DNA from: Callorhinchus milii
Lineage: Eukaryota
Assembly: GCF_018977255.1 (NCBI RefSeq)
Contig: NW_024704743.1
Coordinates: 76,014,001-76,078,000 of the forward strand
Reading direction: 5' to 3'
Length of the DNA stretch: 64,000 bases
Shown here: one piece after another, positions 39,535 through 52,305 of the stretch
How positions within the stretch are numbered: position 1 is the first letter of the stretch
Layout of the letters: every line of letters starts with the position of its first letter
Position numbers and translations under genes: made by a program
The notes under the pieces: generated by a model
The model's database searches: none
Told to the model about the DNA's origin: nothing
Seen by the model: only the letters and a program-made list of their open reading frames with translations

Positions 39535-40480
39535 CGTGTTCTACAGAGCTCTATCCTTGGTCCCCCCCTCTTCAACAACTATATGCTCCCGCTTGGTGAC
39601 ATCATCCACAGACATAGGGTCAACTTCCACATGTGTATGGATGACACCCAACTGTACATCTCTGCCTCCACCCTCGACTCCAGAACCACTGCTGTCCTGA
39701 CACAATGTTTGTCAGACATCGAGTCCTGGATGAGAGCTAACTTTCTACAGTTGAACATCAACAAGACCGAGGCTCTCCTGATTGGCTTCCGTCAGCACCT
39801 CCACCCCTCAGGCGCTGGCAGCATCACCATCCATGGATGCACACTCCACCTTACCAGGCCAGTCCAGAACCTTGGTGTCTTGTTTGACCCTCAACTATCC
39901 TTTCTACTCCACATCCGTGTCATGACCCACCCTGCTTTCCCCACCTCCGCCACTGTCTCAGACCGTTCGCCAAAACCCTCATACATTGCATTCATAACAT
40001 CAAGGCTTGACTATGCAAATTCCTTGCTTGTCGGCCTCCCCAACTCTTCCCTCCATAGACTGCAGATCATCCAGAACTCTGCAGCCCGTGTTCTCTCCCG
40101 CACTAGGCTCCGTGACCCTATCACCCCCATCCTCACCCAACTCCACTGGCTTCCCATCACACAGAGGATACAGTTCAAGATCCTGGTCCTCACCTTCAAA
40201 GCCCACCAAGGCCTCGCCTCCCCCCTACCATCCTGCCTGCTCCCTCCACTCAGCAACCTCTGGCCTGCTTCACGTTCCCCGCCTCTCCTGCCCCACCATT
40301 GGCAGGTGGGCTTTCAGCCACTCTGTCCCTACCCTCTGGAACTCCATCCCACATTGCTTCCGCCTCGCCGCCTCCCTTGCATCCTTCAAGTCCCTCCTAT
40401 TCGACTGCGCTTTGGATCACCCCGTTTTCCCGCCCGCCCACCCTCCAATCTCCCCAATCCCGACCCCAGTTCAGGTCCTT
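39535..40480 (+). mobile_element. 5'-truncated L2-clade LINE ORF2 (RT) fragment, inactive
   Basis: ORF 39511..40482: [26 protein letters not shown] (degenerate YADD), [32 protein letters not shown]. Confidence 0.92.
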
Positions 40481-40887
40481 GAGCTACAGGACTCCACAAT
40501 GATGGAAGAATACTAGAATACTAGCTGCAGACATTGCAGCACGGATGTCCGACTGGAGGTTACAAAATAAATGAATGGAAGAAAAGTTGAATTTGAAATG
40601 GAAATGATGAACGCCTTAAAATAACTCCCAACAACATACCCAAATTACAGAATACTTACTGCTGAACTGGTGCAAAATTTCTAAACCTCATTATGGGCTC
40701 CAATACTGAAGTCTTCCGATTAATCAAATCAGGTTCCTGGAACAGTTGGTGGGACAGAAGACCATCCGCTTTTTAGAATATATCCTTTAAAAACGAATTC
40801 CATCTCCTTGGAGAGGTAACCATTTCCTCACAAAGTTAGTACCCAGTCACACATTTAAAAAAAAACATATTTACTTATGTGAAGGTT

Positions 40888-40893
40888 TTTAAT
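40888..40893 (-). terminator. Candidate KBTBD2 poly(A) signal ATTAAA
   Basis: TTTAAT on + strand (ATTAAA on -), about 960 nt downstream of the stop, followed on the - strand by a U-rich tract at about 40857-40866. Confidence 0.45.
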
Positions 40894-41847
40894 AAATTAA
40901 GTTCATTCAAAATACAGTGCCAAAGGAACACAATGCAGCTGAACATGCTAGTAGGGATTTCATGAAGCACCTGTGCTCATGTTAGAATGGAGAGACCAGC
41001 TACTGCTAGTGGATCCTGGCTGTCAAGCCAGAGCAGTGCTGGGGCTCTTCTGTTCTCCTGCACGTGGGGTACAGATCATTCTTGAAACATTTCACTCAAA
41101 CCAACTGTATTAAAAACCTAACAACTAGAATACCTATACACAATCACACTACAGTAACGGTTGCCTTATTAAATTAATGAAATACAAAATAAAGACCTGA
41201 CTGTTACTCACTAAAACTTGTCTTACAAATGAAATATCAGCAGCAGGAAGTCATAATATGGATGAGCCTATGTTACTTGTAATGTGGAGTCACATGTAAG
41301 TGATTGAAGCTCCACACAGACCCGCAATACAAGAGGCTGGCATTCAATACACAGCCTCCACTAATACACATCTGGTAAACTACCAGCTGCTTGGAAGACC
41401 TGCAACCTGGGATAAATGGGAATATTTTACGGATAATGGAGTACATGCATCTAATAAACAACCTTCGACTGGACCCGCAGTCAGCCACCTCACCCAGTCT
41501 ATTTTCACTGGGAAGCTCTACAGAATTTCATATTTTCATGGTCAAATCCAGGGATATTTGTGTAAGTAAAGCAATGTTTCTTTTGTAAATTAGTCGCATT
41601 GTAACAATAATATGGTAATTTGATTAGCAGAACAGGTGGTATCTAGGAATATTAGAAGGTACAACACTTAACTGGAAGATTCTCAGTTATTTACACAATA
41701 CAATGCAATCTTAATGACATGCTGGGCTGAACACAGTTACTGCCCAATCTGCTAAAATAAACCCTGTGCTGATTTGGAAGATTGCGACATACACATTGCT
41801 TTGTTATGTACATCTTAAGAATCCACGACAACTGTGCCCATATCTGG

Positions 41848-43386
41848 CTAACTATTTAATGGCAATGCAACCATCTCTCCATCCAACTCAAACTCATCTG
41901 CTCCATCTGGTGAGAACAGAGAAGGTGGAGGTTTCCAAAGTGATTCCTTGAGACACGAAGGGTAAAGTTTTCCCATAGTACACCGGAAATCTTTGCCGAG
42001 GTCCCAGAGGACCCGCTCTGAAACAGACTGACGCAGAATCCACTGGTCCAGTTCAAGGTTGTACTGATAGATTGCATACTTGGGTTTTTCATTGATGTGA
42101 GTCTCTCTCATAAACACACACAGGGAGCTCAAGACCACCACTGCTCTTACACAAGGGTCAGAATAGCGCTTTGCAGGGATATTGGTCGCTATCTTCCACT
42201 CATTTTTGATCACATCATAGATTTCTACAGTTACAGAGGAACCATCTATAGTGCTAGAAGGTATTCTGATGCCCGAGTTATTTCCAATATGCAGGCCGCC
42301 AATGTAGAAGATTTTGTCTCCAAAGGCTGCAGCTGAGGCAAAACACCTGCTGGTTTGACGCATAGCCATTTCAACCCAAGTACCTGTACGTGGGCAGTAG
42401 CCAAATGTTAGATTGTGGGCCATCACATAAATGTAGTCATGAACTGCAACTGCTGTGTTCCACTGCCAAGCATAAGGCAGGGGACTCACCAACGTCCACT
42501 CATCTCGTTCACAATCATACCTTTCCACAGTCCGTTTGTTCATTTCCCCACTAACACTGTCACCTCCAATTGCATAGATATACCCTCCACAGCAGACCAA
42601 GGAAGGTCGGATGCGAGCATACAACATTGGAGTTTTTGGAACCCATGTGTTCTGCTGAGCATCAAACAAATAGAAACAATTCACAGGTCTATAGGCAGCC
42701 TGAAGTTTACTTGCTTTGATATTATTGGTGATAGAATTTTTTAAAGGTATTTGTCCACCTGCGATGTAAATATCATTGTCAGGAGTAACAAGTGTCCCTA
42801 CCCTCTGCAAGTCCCCTGGTGGGTTACACAGTTTGTACACTTTCTCTGCTTGGGGACTATAACAAACAGCACAAAAGGAAGAACTTGGACTTTCACCAGC
42901 TGCCTCAACGAATATCAGCATCTCTTCTTTAGTCATGCCAAGTCTTGGCTTGAAAAATTTTGGCATAGACTTGTATAGTCCCTGTACCACCACGGATTTG
43001 TCATTCGGGGGTAAGCCTTGGAACCAGGCCCTCTGAGTTACTTCAGAAAGTGCATCTATTCTGATTTGGCCAAGGACAGAAGACAGATACTGAGATCGCG
43101 ACTCTGTGTCATATTCAAGCCACACCATTGCAGCTTCACGGACAGTCTCTTCCTTCTCCACATTTAAATTGTCACTGCTAAGGATATCTATCAGTAGGTC
43201 GTGCGACAGCTGTAGAAAAGCTTCCTGGTGGTAAACAGCAGTGAATTTATGCTCCACCATTCGCTTTGCACTTGCTTTTAGCTCTTCACAGCTGTATAAA
43301 TCTGCAAAGCTCAGTAATCGCACGCAGTTCTCTGCATTAATTTTCTTTATTAGATATTCCCGACAACGATGCAATACATTTTCCAC
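41848..43386 (-). CDS. KBTBD2: KBTBD2 last coding exon (BACK + kelch repeats)
   Basis: Acceptor tttttgcag|GTG; TAG stop at 41850-41848; ORF 41848..43431 minus its first 15 intronic codons. Confidence 0.97.
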   Translation of the reverse strand: MENVLHRCREYLIKKINAENCVRLLSFADLYSCEELKASAKRMVEHKFTAVYHQEAFLQLSHDLLIDILSSDNLNVEKEETVREAAMVWLEYDTESRSQYLSSVLGQIRIDALSEVTQRAWFQGLPPNDKSVVVQGLYKSMPKFFKPRLGMTKEEMLIFVEAAGESPSSSFCAVCYSPQAEKVYKLCNPPGDLQRVGTLVTPDNDIYIAGGQIPLKNSITNNIKASKLQAAYRPVNCFYLFDAQQNTWVPKTPMLYARIRPSLVCCGGYIYAIGGDSVSGEMNKRTVERYDCERDEWTLVSPLPYAWQWNTAVAVHDYIYVMAHNLTFGYCPRTGTWVEMAMRQTSRCFASAAAFGDKIFYIGGLHIGNNSGIRIPSSTIDGSSVTVEIYDVIKNEWKIATNIPAKRYSDPCVRAVVVLSSLCVFMRETHINEKPKYAIYQYNLELDQWILRQSVSERVLWDLGKDFRCTMGKLYPSCLKESLWKPPPSLFSPDGADEFELDGEMVALPLNS

Positions 43387-46300
43387 CTGCAAAAAGACAG
43401 AATTACTTAAGTAAGCATCAAACATCTGCACATAAACAAATTTAAAGCATACAGTAAAAGCACTATAAAAATCACCTGCAAGGTCAGCAGATGGCAGAGT
43501 ATAAAGGTAAATAAAAATTCACTTAAACAACAAACACATATTTTGCTACCACTTATCGGGATAGTTTCTAAGCATAATAATCTCAAATAAATGTAGTAAA
43601 TATTAATTACCAATAGCCACAGTATATTTAGGTTCAAAAGCAGTCAGAAACAGTAATAGCATGGGGGTGTATTGCAATATTTTTTTTTTAAAAAAAGCAG
43701 CACTTTCCTTGGTAACCTCCCCTTTTCTCCTCTCAGCATCTGCACATAGTCCTCTCATCATGGGGACTTCAATCTGCTCCAATTTTTCTGTTCAACACAC
43801 TTACACCCCCCATTCCTCACCACCACCCTCTACCTGACCCGACCTTAAGGATCATCAAGGTGCTTAACAATTGTCTCTTCTTCAACACATTTACACACCC
43901 CTACCAATTCAGAACCATCTCTTAATTTAGCCATTTCGACTGGTAAAACAGATACTTCTAATCCCTCAGAATTAATTCAAATACAGGCAGCTAGCCTCAT
44001 GGTCCATTGCCAAATTCCAGGTTGACCACCTTCAAAACTGCTGCCTCGCCCTCTTCAAGGTGAAAACCTCATTCTAATCCACATCCATCTAGGAGGCCAA
44101 GAACAGCTATTCTTTACCACCACTGATCACCTCGTCGGTCCTGCTCAAGCCCTCTACATCCTCTTCTCAGTCTCCAAACTGCGAGGTGAAATCTGCCTGG
44201 CTACATTTTCCTCCTCCATCTCTCCTCCACTGCCCTACATTTCACCTGTCCCTTGCCCACCCTCATCTCTCACATGAAACACACAACATGCTTTACACCT
44301 AGCTGCTGACTACCCAATTGTCCCTCCTATGCCAGTTGCTTGTAAATTAGTCAATCATTCTCCATCTTTCCTGCACTCTCCATCCCGTCAACAGCAACTT
44401 GAGCCATCTCCATTATGCCCCCCACTCCCTCGATCCTTTCGTCTTCAAAAGCCACCTAAAAATCCACTTCTTCAAATATGCCTACAATCTCCTCCCCTCA
44501 AGCCCCTGATTACTATCTGGCACAGTTTCTGTAAAATGCTCTCCCATTATTAAAAAANTTATTGCGATACATGTTGCTCTACATGAAGGTCATTATATAA
44601 GTGCAAGTAGTTTGCTGAGGAAGAATGCATACTGTAGTTTTTTATTCTGGCAGTACAGGTATATCATATTTTGAAAACTATTCTAAAAATTCTTGTCTAA
44701 ATCACTTCAAGATTTATATATCTAGAAAAGCTATCACCAGTCAATTTGGGGGGGATTTTTTTTTTTTTGAAAAGTACACTTAAAATTAACAGGGGTTAGC
44801 CATATGTGCATTTTTCCAACAGCTTTTAGATTTGGTTGTTGATTTTGTTTCCTCAAACTACACGATCTGAGAGATGTGGATCACAATTAACAATTTATTC
44901 CAATAGTGGGAGCCAAAATATTTATAAAATATAGGCATCATCAACTAATGAGTCATTTTATGAATTGTGGTGATCAATTTTCAGTGACACAAGTTAACTA
45001 CTATATGATCACACAATTAATGCAGTAAATATTTAAAAAGATAAAATAGTTGTGTAAGATTACCACAATCTATTGTTTATGACTATTAACATTTCAGTAC
45101 ATCCGACAAGTGTTTGTAAATTTCATATAGGCATATCAGCAGTCATTTACTTTTTGATTGCTGGATGTGATTAGATTAATAATGTAGTAAACCATTAACT
45201 AGCATGACAACTTAGCTTCACCAATTTTACCTCTGAAGATACAGCAGAAAGGGAACATATCTACAACAAATATTTGCAGTGCATTCAATAGAAGGCTTTC
45301 TAAAAAATCTCCTACTAGCAGCAGTTATGCTAACTTTTATTGTTGCAATGCACAATACGTTTATGTACAAAGCCAGTCAGTTATTTCAGTGTATTCCCAA
45401 GATAGTGTTAAAGGGTTATCAGTTTTGAAGTATAAATAAGTTTGTTGTGAAATAATAAATCTGAGAGTACAGGCTTTCAGGTTGAACAGATCATAAATAA
45501 TGTTTTTTTATAAAAGTGTACACAACCAACCACAATTGATTGAACTGCAAATTAATAGAGCGGGTTTGAATAGAGTGCACAAATCTTCTGCACGTTGCAC
45601 TTAGTGGATCTACATAAACATTTCCTTTATGCATTATACAACAACAACTTGCATTTATAATATAATATATTATATAATATAATATTGCATTTATATAGTG
45701 CTTCTCATGCAGTGCAGTGTCCCAGAGCGCTTGACAAGGGATGGCTGGATAAAAGTACAATGTGCTAGAATGTCCTCAACTTTTTAGCACAGACAAACAA
45801 AAAGCCATCTAGTCTGGAAACTCAATACAGCTGGCAGGTAGGTTACTGCCTCAGGTTATACCAAATAGGTTAGGCCTTTTTTCACAAAATGGGGACCTAA
45901 TAGGGGTGTTTAAAATTTTAAAACAAGTTTGATTAGGTAAACATAAATAAGCTGTTTCCACTAGTTGAGGAAATCAGTAAACAGGGAACACAAGTATAAG
46001 ATAGCAACCAGGATTTTAAAAGAAAAATTAGGAGGAACTACTTCACGCAGAGGGCAGTGAGATTGTGGAACTCGCTGCATGAAGCAGTGGTTGAATCCGA
46101 CAGTACAAAAGCATTTAAGAGGAAGCTAGACATACACGAGGGAGAAATAAAAAGGATATGGGAAGCATTAAGGAGTGAATAGAGGCTCATGTGGAGTATA
46201 TACAATGGCACAGACTGGTGAGCCAAATGTCTTGTTTCTGCGCTGTACAGTCTATGTAAATCTATGTAAAGAGTGAATTTTTAAAAAAAAATTATTGTCT

Positions 46301-49300
46301 GCTCCCCGTCCCCATTAAAATGTAAGATACTGATGCTGGAATTTTCAAACTTCTCTAATGGGACGTCCAGCTCAATGCAATTCTAGAGGCTAGGTCAACC
46401 TCCAATGTGAAGGACACCGATACCAAGGCCAATGCAAAAAAATTATACCGTGTTGCAAAACTACAAACTAGCTGTGACTAACAATTTTAGAATCTGCCTA
46501 CACTGGGGTGGTCTTAAAATGAACTGCTACTATGGGAATGTAAGTGTTTTTTGGGGGGCGTGGGGATATCTGAAAGCCATTGGTCCTATAAAGGAAAGAT
46601 CTTGTAAGGATCTACTCTAGATTTAATAATTATTATTATTACTCTAGATTTCTCCAACTTAAGGAATTCTGGCTACTAAAATTCGTCCTTGCAGCTTCTC
46701 TGGGTGTGAGTTCAAATGAGCCAGTCGTCTAAATAAGAACAGATATGCAAACACTGCAGTCTCAGAAAGGTCGCCAGCTCACTTGGGGAGGACAATTTTG
46801 CAGCGCTATAGGGATAGCGCGGGGAGTGGGATTGATTTGGATAGTTCTTTTAAAAATGTAGGCACAGACACGATGGGCCGAATGGCCTCTTTCGGAGCTT
46901 TATAAATTCTATGGTTCTATGAACCCAAAACAACTGAAGTTCATTGAAGAGGAAAATCTTGCAATCTAATGCTGCTGTACCAGACACTGAACTTCAGTAT
47001 TGTTACTCTGATAACAATACACAGCTTATTTTGCCTACAAAACACTACAGTCAATCCACTTTACAATATATTCTGTGAAGCACTTTAAGACATGATTAAT
47101 TGGCTGCCGCATTCGCCCACAAATATATAGTCAATTCACTTTACAGTGTGTTCTGTGAAGCGCTTTGGGACGTCCTCCCGACGTGAAAAACGCTATATCA
47201 AATGCAAGGATTATTATTATAGGATTATTATTATGATAAGGTGCAAAATCAAATGCAAGGATGATTATTATTATTCTTGGGTAAAACTACCTGAATAAAT
47301 TGAGACAGTGTCCCCATTTGAGCTTTAGGTAGATATTGCTTAACTTGTAAGGGTCTGAAACTTCAAGACCCTTTAGAGACCATGATATAGGAATAGAACA
47401 CCTTTTGGAAGCAACTCAAAAACTGTGTGTAGTTAACAGTAGTTTCTAAGGGTTGTTTCTGTCAATTGAGTTCTCAATCATCCAACCTTGTCTCTATCCT
47501 CTGCAACTTTCTCCTTAATTTCTCTGCTTTTCACATCACTCTTAGCATTCAAAATCCTTCTAAAAACTACCTGACTGCATTATCGTTCATTTCCCTCTTG
47601 TCATCACCGCACCTACCACCCTACTCTGCTCCAGTTCATCTCTGTAAAGCACTTCAAGATATTTAACTATATTAAAGGTACTTTATAAGTTTTAAAGGTA
47701 AACTACAGGTAGAAGCACCAAGTACAGCAAGGCTAATTTCCTTCCTTTGGTAATTCAATAACCACTTAGTGCATTAAGTTTGTATTTTAAAAACAGGGCC
47801 ATTGGAAATGGAAGCGAGCCATTATTTCTCCCCAAATGCAGTGCTTCAAGGTAACTTCCATTGTACATAAATTGCACGTGTTTCACAAAGAGTAAACTTT
47901 AAAACGTGCGTTTTTATAGTGTCTTACCATACAAACATCTCACAAGCTTCATGATTACAGTCACGTGCAGTGACTATTTTTGTAGGCAAACAAGGCAGCC
48001 ATTTGCACCAACAAGGTTCCATAAAGAGCCATGAGGTTAGTGACCTATTTAATCTGGAAGATCATGGGCCAGGATACCAGAAAAAAAAACTCACTTCTCA
48101 TATATTTGCAAAGGGGATTCTACAGAGTGCAAACCAACAGAGTTTAAATAGATTTGTTTCAAGACCAATGAAAGTATTTGTTAAAGAAGCGCAACATTTC
48201 AACCGAGTTAATTAGGACTAAACATGTGACTGCAAGAAAGGAGTTCCAGCCACATGAAAACAAGATTTGGTTTACCAGCTATTAGAATATAATCATTAAA
48301 AGGAATTAATTTCCGGTTTGTTTCTTACTCTTACCTGCAGAAAACTGGATGTCTCATAGAGCTGCTCCACAGTCTTGTCGTTTATTGCCAGGTTACCAGT
48401 GTATGCATATCTAATGATTATCTGAAGCGTAGGTGCATCCACATTCTGTAAGTGGACATGCGTCTGCTTGCTTTCACTCAGTCCACTCATAAACATGGCC
48501 CTAAAATAGAAAACTGGCATAAGGTTACTGTCCCCAGTGAAATGTAATAATTAGAATACGTCAAGATTAGGTGGAAATCTTTGAATTTCCTCTTATAATT
48601 CTTCTACACTACTTCAAAATATGGTAAGTCAAGTTTGCCCGTTTGCCCAAAATTGGCATCAATAACTGAAGTTAAATTACACTTTTAGTGTAAATTAAGT
48701 ACTGCTAGTATCACTAATGAATATTCATTAAAATGTATTACTATAACTTTAAAATAGCTCAAAGCATTGGCCAGGAAACTGGGAAACTGTGCAACTCTCA
48801 GAGATGTCAAAGATTTCTAGGGTTAGCACAAAACTTGTCATTTCAGAACCAGTCTAAAATTGGACTATTTGACATAAGTAAAATAGGAGGCAAATGTACT
48901 CCATGGATGGAATAACTGGGGGGGTGGGGGGGAGGAAAGAGTAAAAAGATACCAATGTTTGACCCGTCACTCACCATCAAGTCTTATATAGCAATAAGCA
49001 AAGCAAACAGGATACTGGGCTACATAGCAAATAAGCTGCTTTTGAACTCTCTCATAGGCCACTGGGTGAACAGATTTATTATTAATAATCCTTGCATTTG
49101 ATAGTGTCTTATCACATCTTTGAAATGTCTCAAAGTGTGTCGCAGGATTTAGTGTAGTGACTGTGTATTTTGTTGGCAAATACACCAGCCAATTTGTGCA
49201 GAGCACAGACCCACAAATAAACATGAAGTTTTAATCAGAGTGGTTGCTGGAGTAGTCCTGTAGCTCAGTGATTAGAGCACTCGCCCTGCAAGCGAGAGAC

Positions 49301-51710
49301 CCGGGTTTGATTCCCGGGAGGGCGAAACCTTGGCAAGTTTCCTTACTCCACACACCTGATAATAATCCCTCAAGAAAAAAAATAATAAATTGGTCATTTT
49401 CAATCCACGACTGTTTGTGGGACACTGCTGTGCGCAACTGGCTGCCCTATTTCACCCACAAATATAGTCAATTCACTTTACAGTCTATTCTGTGAAGTGC
49501 TTTGAGATGGCTAGAAGATGTGAAAAGTGCTATATCAAATACAAGGAATATTATTATTATTTGGTGGCCAGAACATCAGGAGAACCTTTTGAATCATGCC
49601 ATGAGTTCTTTCACCTCCACTTGACACAAATAGAATATAGGTTTAAAATCTCCTTTAAAGAATAGCACCTTTACCAATGCAACACTCTTCGATTACTATA
49701 TTCCCGACATGAGGCTTGAACCCACAACTTTGATTTAAGAGACAGAACTGCTACCAAATGAGCAAACCCATTTATTTTTATATGGAGGTTAAATGACAGA
49801 AAAATCTACATCTGTTATGATTGCCAATTTCTGGTGGATTTGAGTCCCCTTGAATCCAAGCAGAGATAGTTAAAGCAAGAATTATGAGAGTCAATTTCTT
49901 CAATAAAGTTATTTTAAAAGAGGCACTATACCTCTTTTGGTATTTTCTAATTTAGATAGGTATGCATTAGTATTGTGCTTGTTTAGATTTCCAAAACCCA
50001 AAAAATATTTAAACCATAGAAGCAAACCATTATCTTAAGAGAAAATTGATTTGTGTTCCTAACCACAACACAAAAGCAGTTGAAACCTCTGTCTACTCCA
50101 TAGAAGATTTAAATCATTTATTAAAAAAAGGCAAAACAATATTCTTGAGAGAGAATGAAATGAAGCGGCCCTCCAGCTAAGTGGGGTTGGGGAAATAGAA
50201 AGGAATTGTGCAATTTGCCAGTCCTATGTGGTTAATCTTGTCACACGTTGTTGTTTGCTGTAGATTATTACATTGGCGGGATCATGCAGTGTTTTCCAAA
50301 TGCATGCAGTTGAAATCTTCTTAAAGGCCACTTTTCTACTTTTCCAAAGGATAAAAACTTTAGTTATTGTTTAAAACAATTAATAATAATATTCAAATGA
50401 ATCCAAATCTTTCAAAAGAAAAAATGAAACTCCAGTACTGAAGTTATTTGGAAACAAAGCTAGAATACTGTACAAATTAATTATCATCATGTGAAGCACT
50501 TTGAAACATTCTCACGGGATGAACGGTAAGGATAATTGTTTTTATAACTCTACAAGTCACGCTTTTTAAAAACAAAACTGCATACAGTTTAAACTTAGGT
50601 TGGAATACAGTATAGAAATAATGAACTACGTATAAAATCCCAAATTCAGTAATGCTACATTAACAAATTGCTAAACTGTTAAACAAAAGTCTAACAGTCC
50701 ATTAAAGCTAGAATAAAACAGTCTAAATACTTTATAATGGTTTACAGGTGTATTCTAAACACATTTATGCCCTTTTTGAAAACTGCTTCAGGCCAAAACC
50801 AGTGATGTCATCAGTGATTGCTAAAGCCAATGGGTGAAGCAAAGAGACGGACCGATGGGGTTGGAGGGGAGACACGACAGATGGATGTGGGGGGGGTCGG
50901 GAGGGAGGGAGAGAGAGAGAGAGAGAGAGAAAGGGAAGGAGGAGTAAATGAAGGGAGTGGTTGGAGAGTGTGAATTCAGAGAGGGAGGGAAGATCAAATC
51001 TGGGGGGCAGAGAGGAAGTCCAAGAGAGAAAGACCCCCACATCGTCATCATCTTAATGTATAATGACCACTTGCTGGTGTGTTTCTAAACCAGCCCAGAA
51101 CCACCACTTTTCACCTAAACAAGCTTGACTGAAGTGCTAAAAATACCTTTTTTGAAGCAAACACATAATTGAGTCTTCTACATTTTTAATGTTTCTGTTT
51201 TTAAATAAAAATAATTTTAGTTCTAAATAAACATTTTGTTTTGGTCAACCGGGCATCTGATGCTCACCATGCTTAAGAATATCCAGACCTAAACAGAGTT
51301 CCATACAATTTGCCTTGTTTGGAATGGAATGCACACTGAGAGGGATGCATCCTATTTACTTAATCCCAGATCATTAAGCACAGGTTGGCAAAGGCGAAGG
51401 CTTGGGGACAAGCCTGCTGGAGTTTAACCATCTTAGAAACTTATAGCTTGCCATTGGAAGCACCATCTGGCAAGATACTTTAATAGCATCACATCAAACT
51501 AAACTACATCACACTCACAAAATTGCAAAAATGGTAAATTTACCTGAAATAGGAGCTGCATGTAGCGAGTACCATTTTATGGCATGGGAATTCAGTGCTC
51601 TCCGCAATTAAAACTATGTCAGTCAACAACTGCTGGTCGTAGAAAAATTTCAGCTGCTCCAGTAAAGAGACAGCATATTCAGTATTGATTTGCCTCTCCT
51701 CATTAGCCAT
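41848..51710 (-). CDS. KBTBD2: Kelch repeat and BTB domain-containing protein 2 (CUL3 substrate adaptor), whole spliced CDS (623 aa)
   Basis: complement(join(51544-51710,48335-48500,41848-43386)) = 167+166+1539 = 1872 nt. BTB ([19 protein letters not shown]), BACK and kelch repeats; matches recalled KBTBD2 ([41 protein letters not shown]). Confidence 0.97.
43700..44610 (+). mobile_element. Highly degenerate L2-like LINE remnant (APE endonuclease region plus 3' tail)
   Basis: ctcatcatggggacttcaatctg reads LIMGDFNL (APE GDFN motif); C-rich composition; tail-like tgaaggtcattatataagtgcaagt near 44590. Confidence 0.5.
45891..46270 (+). mobile_element. CR1 LINE 3' end
   Basis: Relic [10 protein letters not shown]...[16 protein letters not shown]...VVE ORF2 C-terminus; tail (TCTATGTAAA)2. 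Confidence 0.85.
46795..46922 (+). mobile_element. CR1-type 3' tail
   Basis: ggcacagacacgatgggccgaatggcctc...attctatggttctatga. Confidence 0.75.
47040..47275 (+). mobile_element. Nested SINE 3' fragments (younger copy inside an older tail)
   Basis: Two copies of agtcaa(t)cactttaca...ttctgtgaagc and two atcaaatgcaaggat tails. Confidence 0.75.
48335..48500 (-). CDS. KBTBD2: KBTBD2 second coding exon ([17 protein letters not shown]...LYETSSFLQ)
   Basis: Acceptor attttag|G, donor CAG|gtaaga; 166 nt. Confidence 0.96.
49078..49765 (-). mobile_element. Deu-domain SINE hosting a nested tRNA-headed SINE
   Basis: Tail and body at 49078-49250 resume at 49562 (tggccagaacatcagg...gcttgaacccacaac...tgctaccaaatgagc). 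Confidence 0.7.
49254..49561 (+). mobile_element. tRNA-headed SINE, short variant
   Basis: gtcctgtagctcagtgattagagcactcgccctgcaagcgag head; (TTA)n tail. Confidence 0.9.
51544..51710 (-). CDS. KBTBD2: KBTBD2 first coding segment ([55 protein letters not shown])
   Basis: atcATGG start at 51710, donor AG|gtaaat; 167 nt. Confidence 0.95.
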
Positions 51711-52062
51711 GATTACATTCCATCAATAAGAACCACCCAACGTAATTGAAGACTGCTCCGTAGGACACAGCTTGAAAGTAATGTTTATAGTTATATTTAG
51801 CAAAAGGGTATTTTGCACTGATTTTATTGATTACTCCTGAAAGCTGAGAATCTAATGGAGTCGAGTTAACAGATTATTCCAGATTTTGAAACAGTCCCAG
51901 GTCATTCCAATCGGTCAGACATCAAAATCTATATTCCAGAAGATTCTCAATTCGGGTTGCAGCATTTCTGTTAAGACGAATTCTGTCACAGCACATGACT
52001 GAATGAGGTAGTAATGATTTTGTGGGCATGGAAATGATCCCAGTGCTAGACAATGTCAGTGC
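51711..52062 (-). other. KBTBD2: 5' UTR portion of the KBTBD2 start-codon exon (whole exon 52062-51544, 519 nt)
   Basis: Strong acceptor tttactttcttttctag|GCAC at 52063/52062; no interspersed repeat visible between it and the ATG. Confidence 0.7.
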
Positions 52063-52305
52063 CTAGAAAAGAAAGTAAACAAATTAGACAACATGAATTG
52101 TATAATACAGTATACTTAATCAGATAAAGTCACTCAAACCAGTTTCAAATTTCACCTCTTCCAATCACCTTCAGCCTTTCTTTACCCCACACCCTATCCA
52201 AAGCAGAGCTATGCTGCTTACTGCACCTCACATGAATCACCTGACTTTGACCTTGTGATTAAATTTCTCCCCTTATCTGTGCCTCTATCATGCCTTCAAC
52301 TTTTA

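Noticed and set aside
39511..40482. 323-aa ORF as a functional or domesticated reverse transcriptase
   Set aside because: 5'-truncated, YADD changed to CMDD, internal deletions and a frameshifted C-terminus.
43387..43431. ORF-track N-terminus [15 protein letters not shown] as the start of the kelch protein
   Set aside because: It is intronic sequence upstream of the splice acceptor; the BTB domain comes from the two upstream exons.
17743..44558. Single N bases at 17743, 31561 and 44558
   Set aside because: Ambiguous base calls next to homopolymer runs; no biological meaning.
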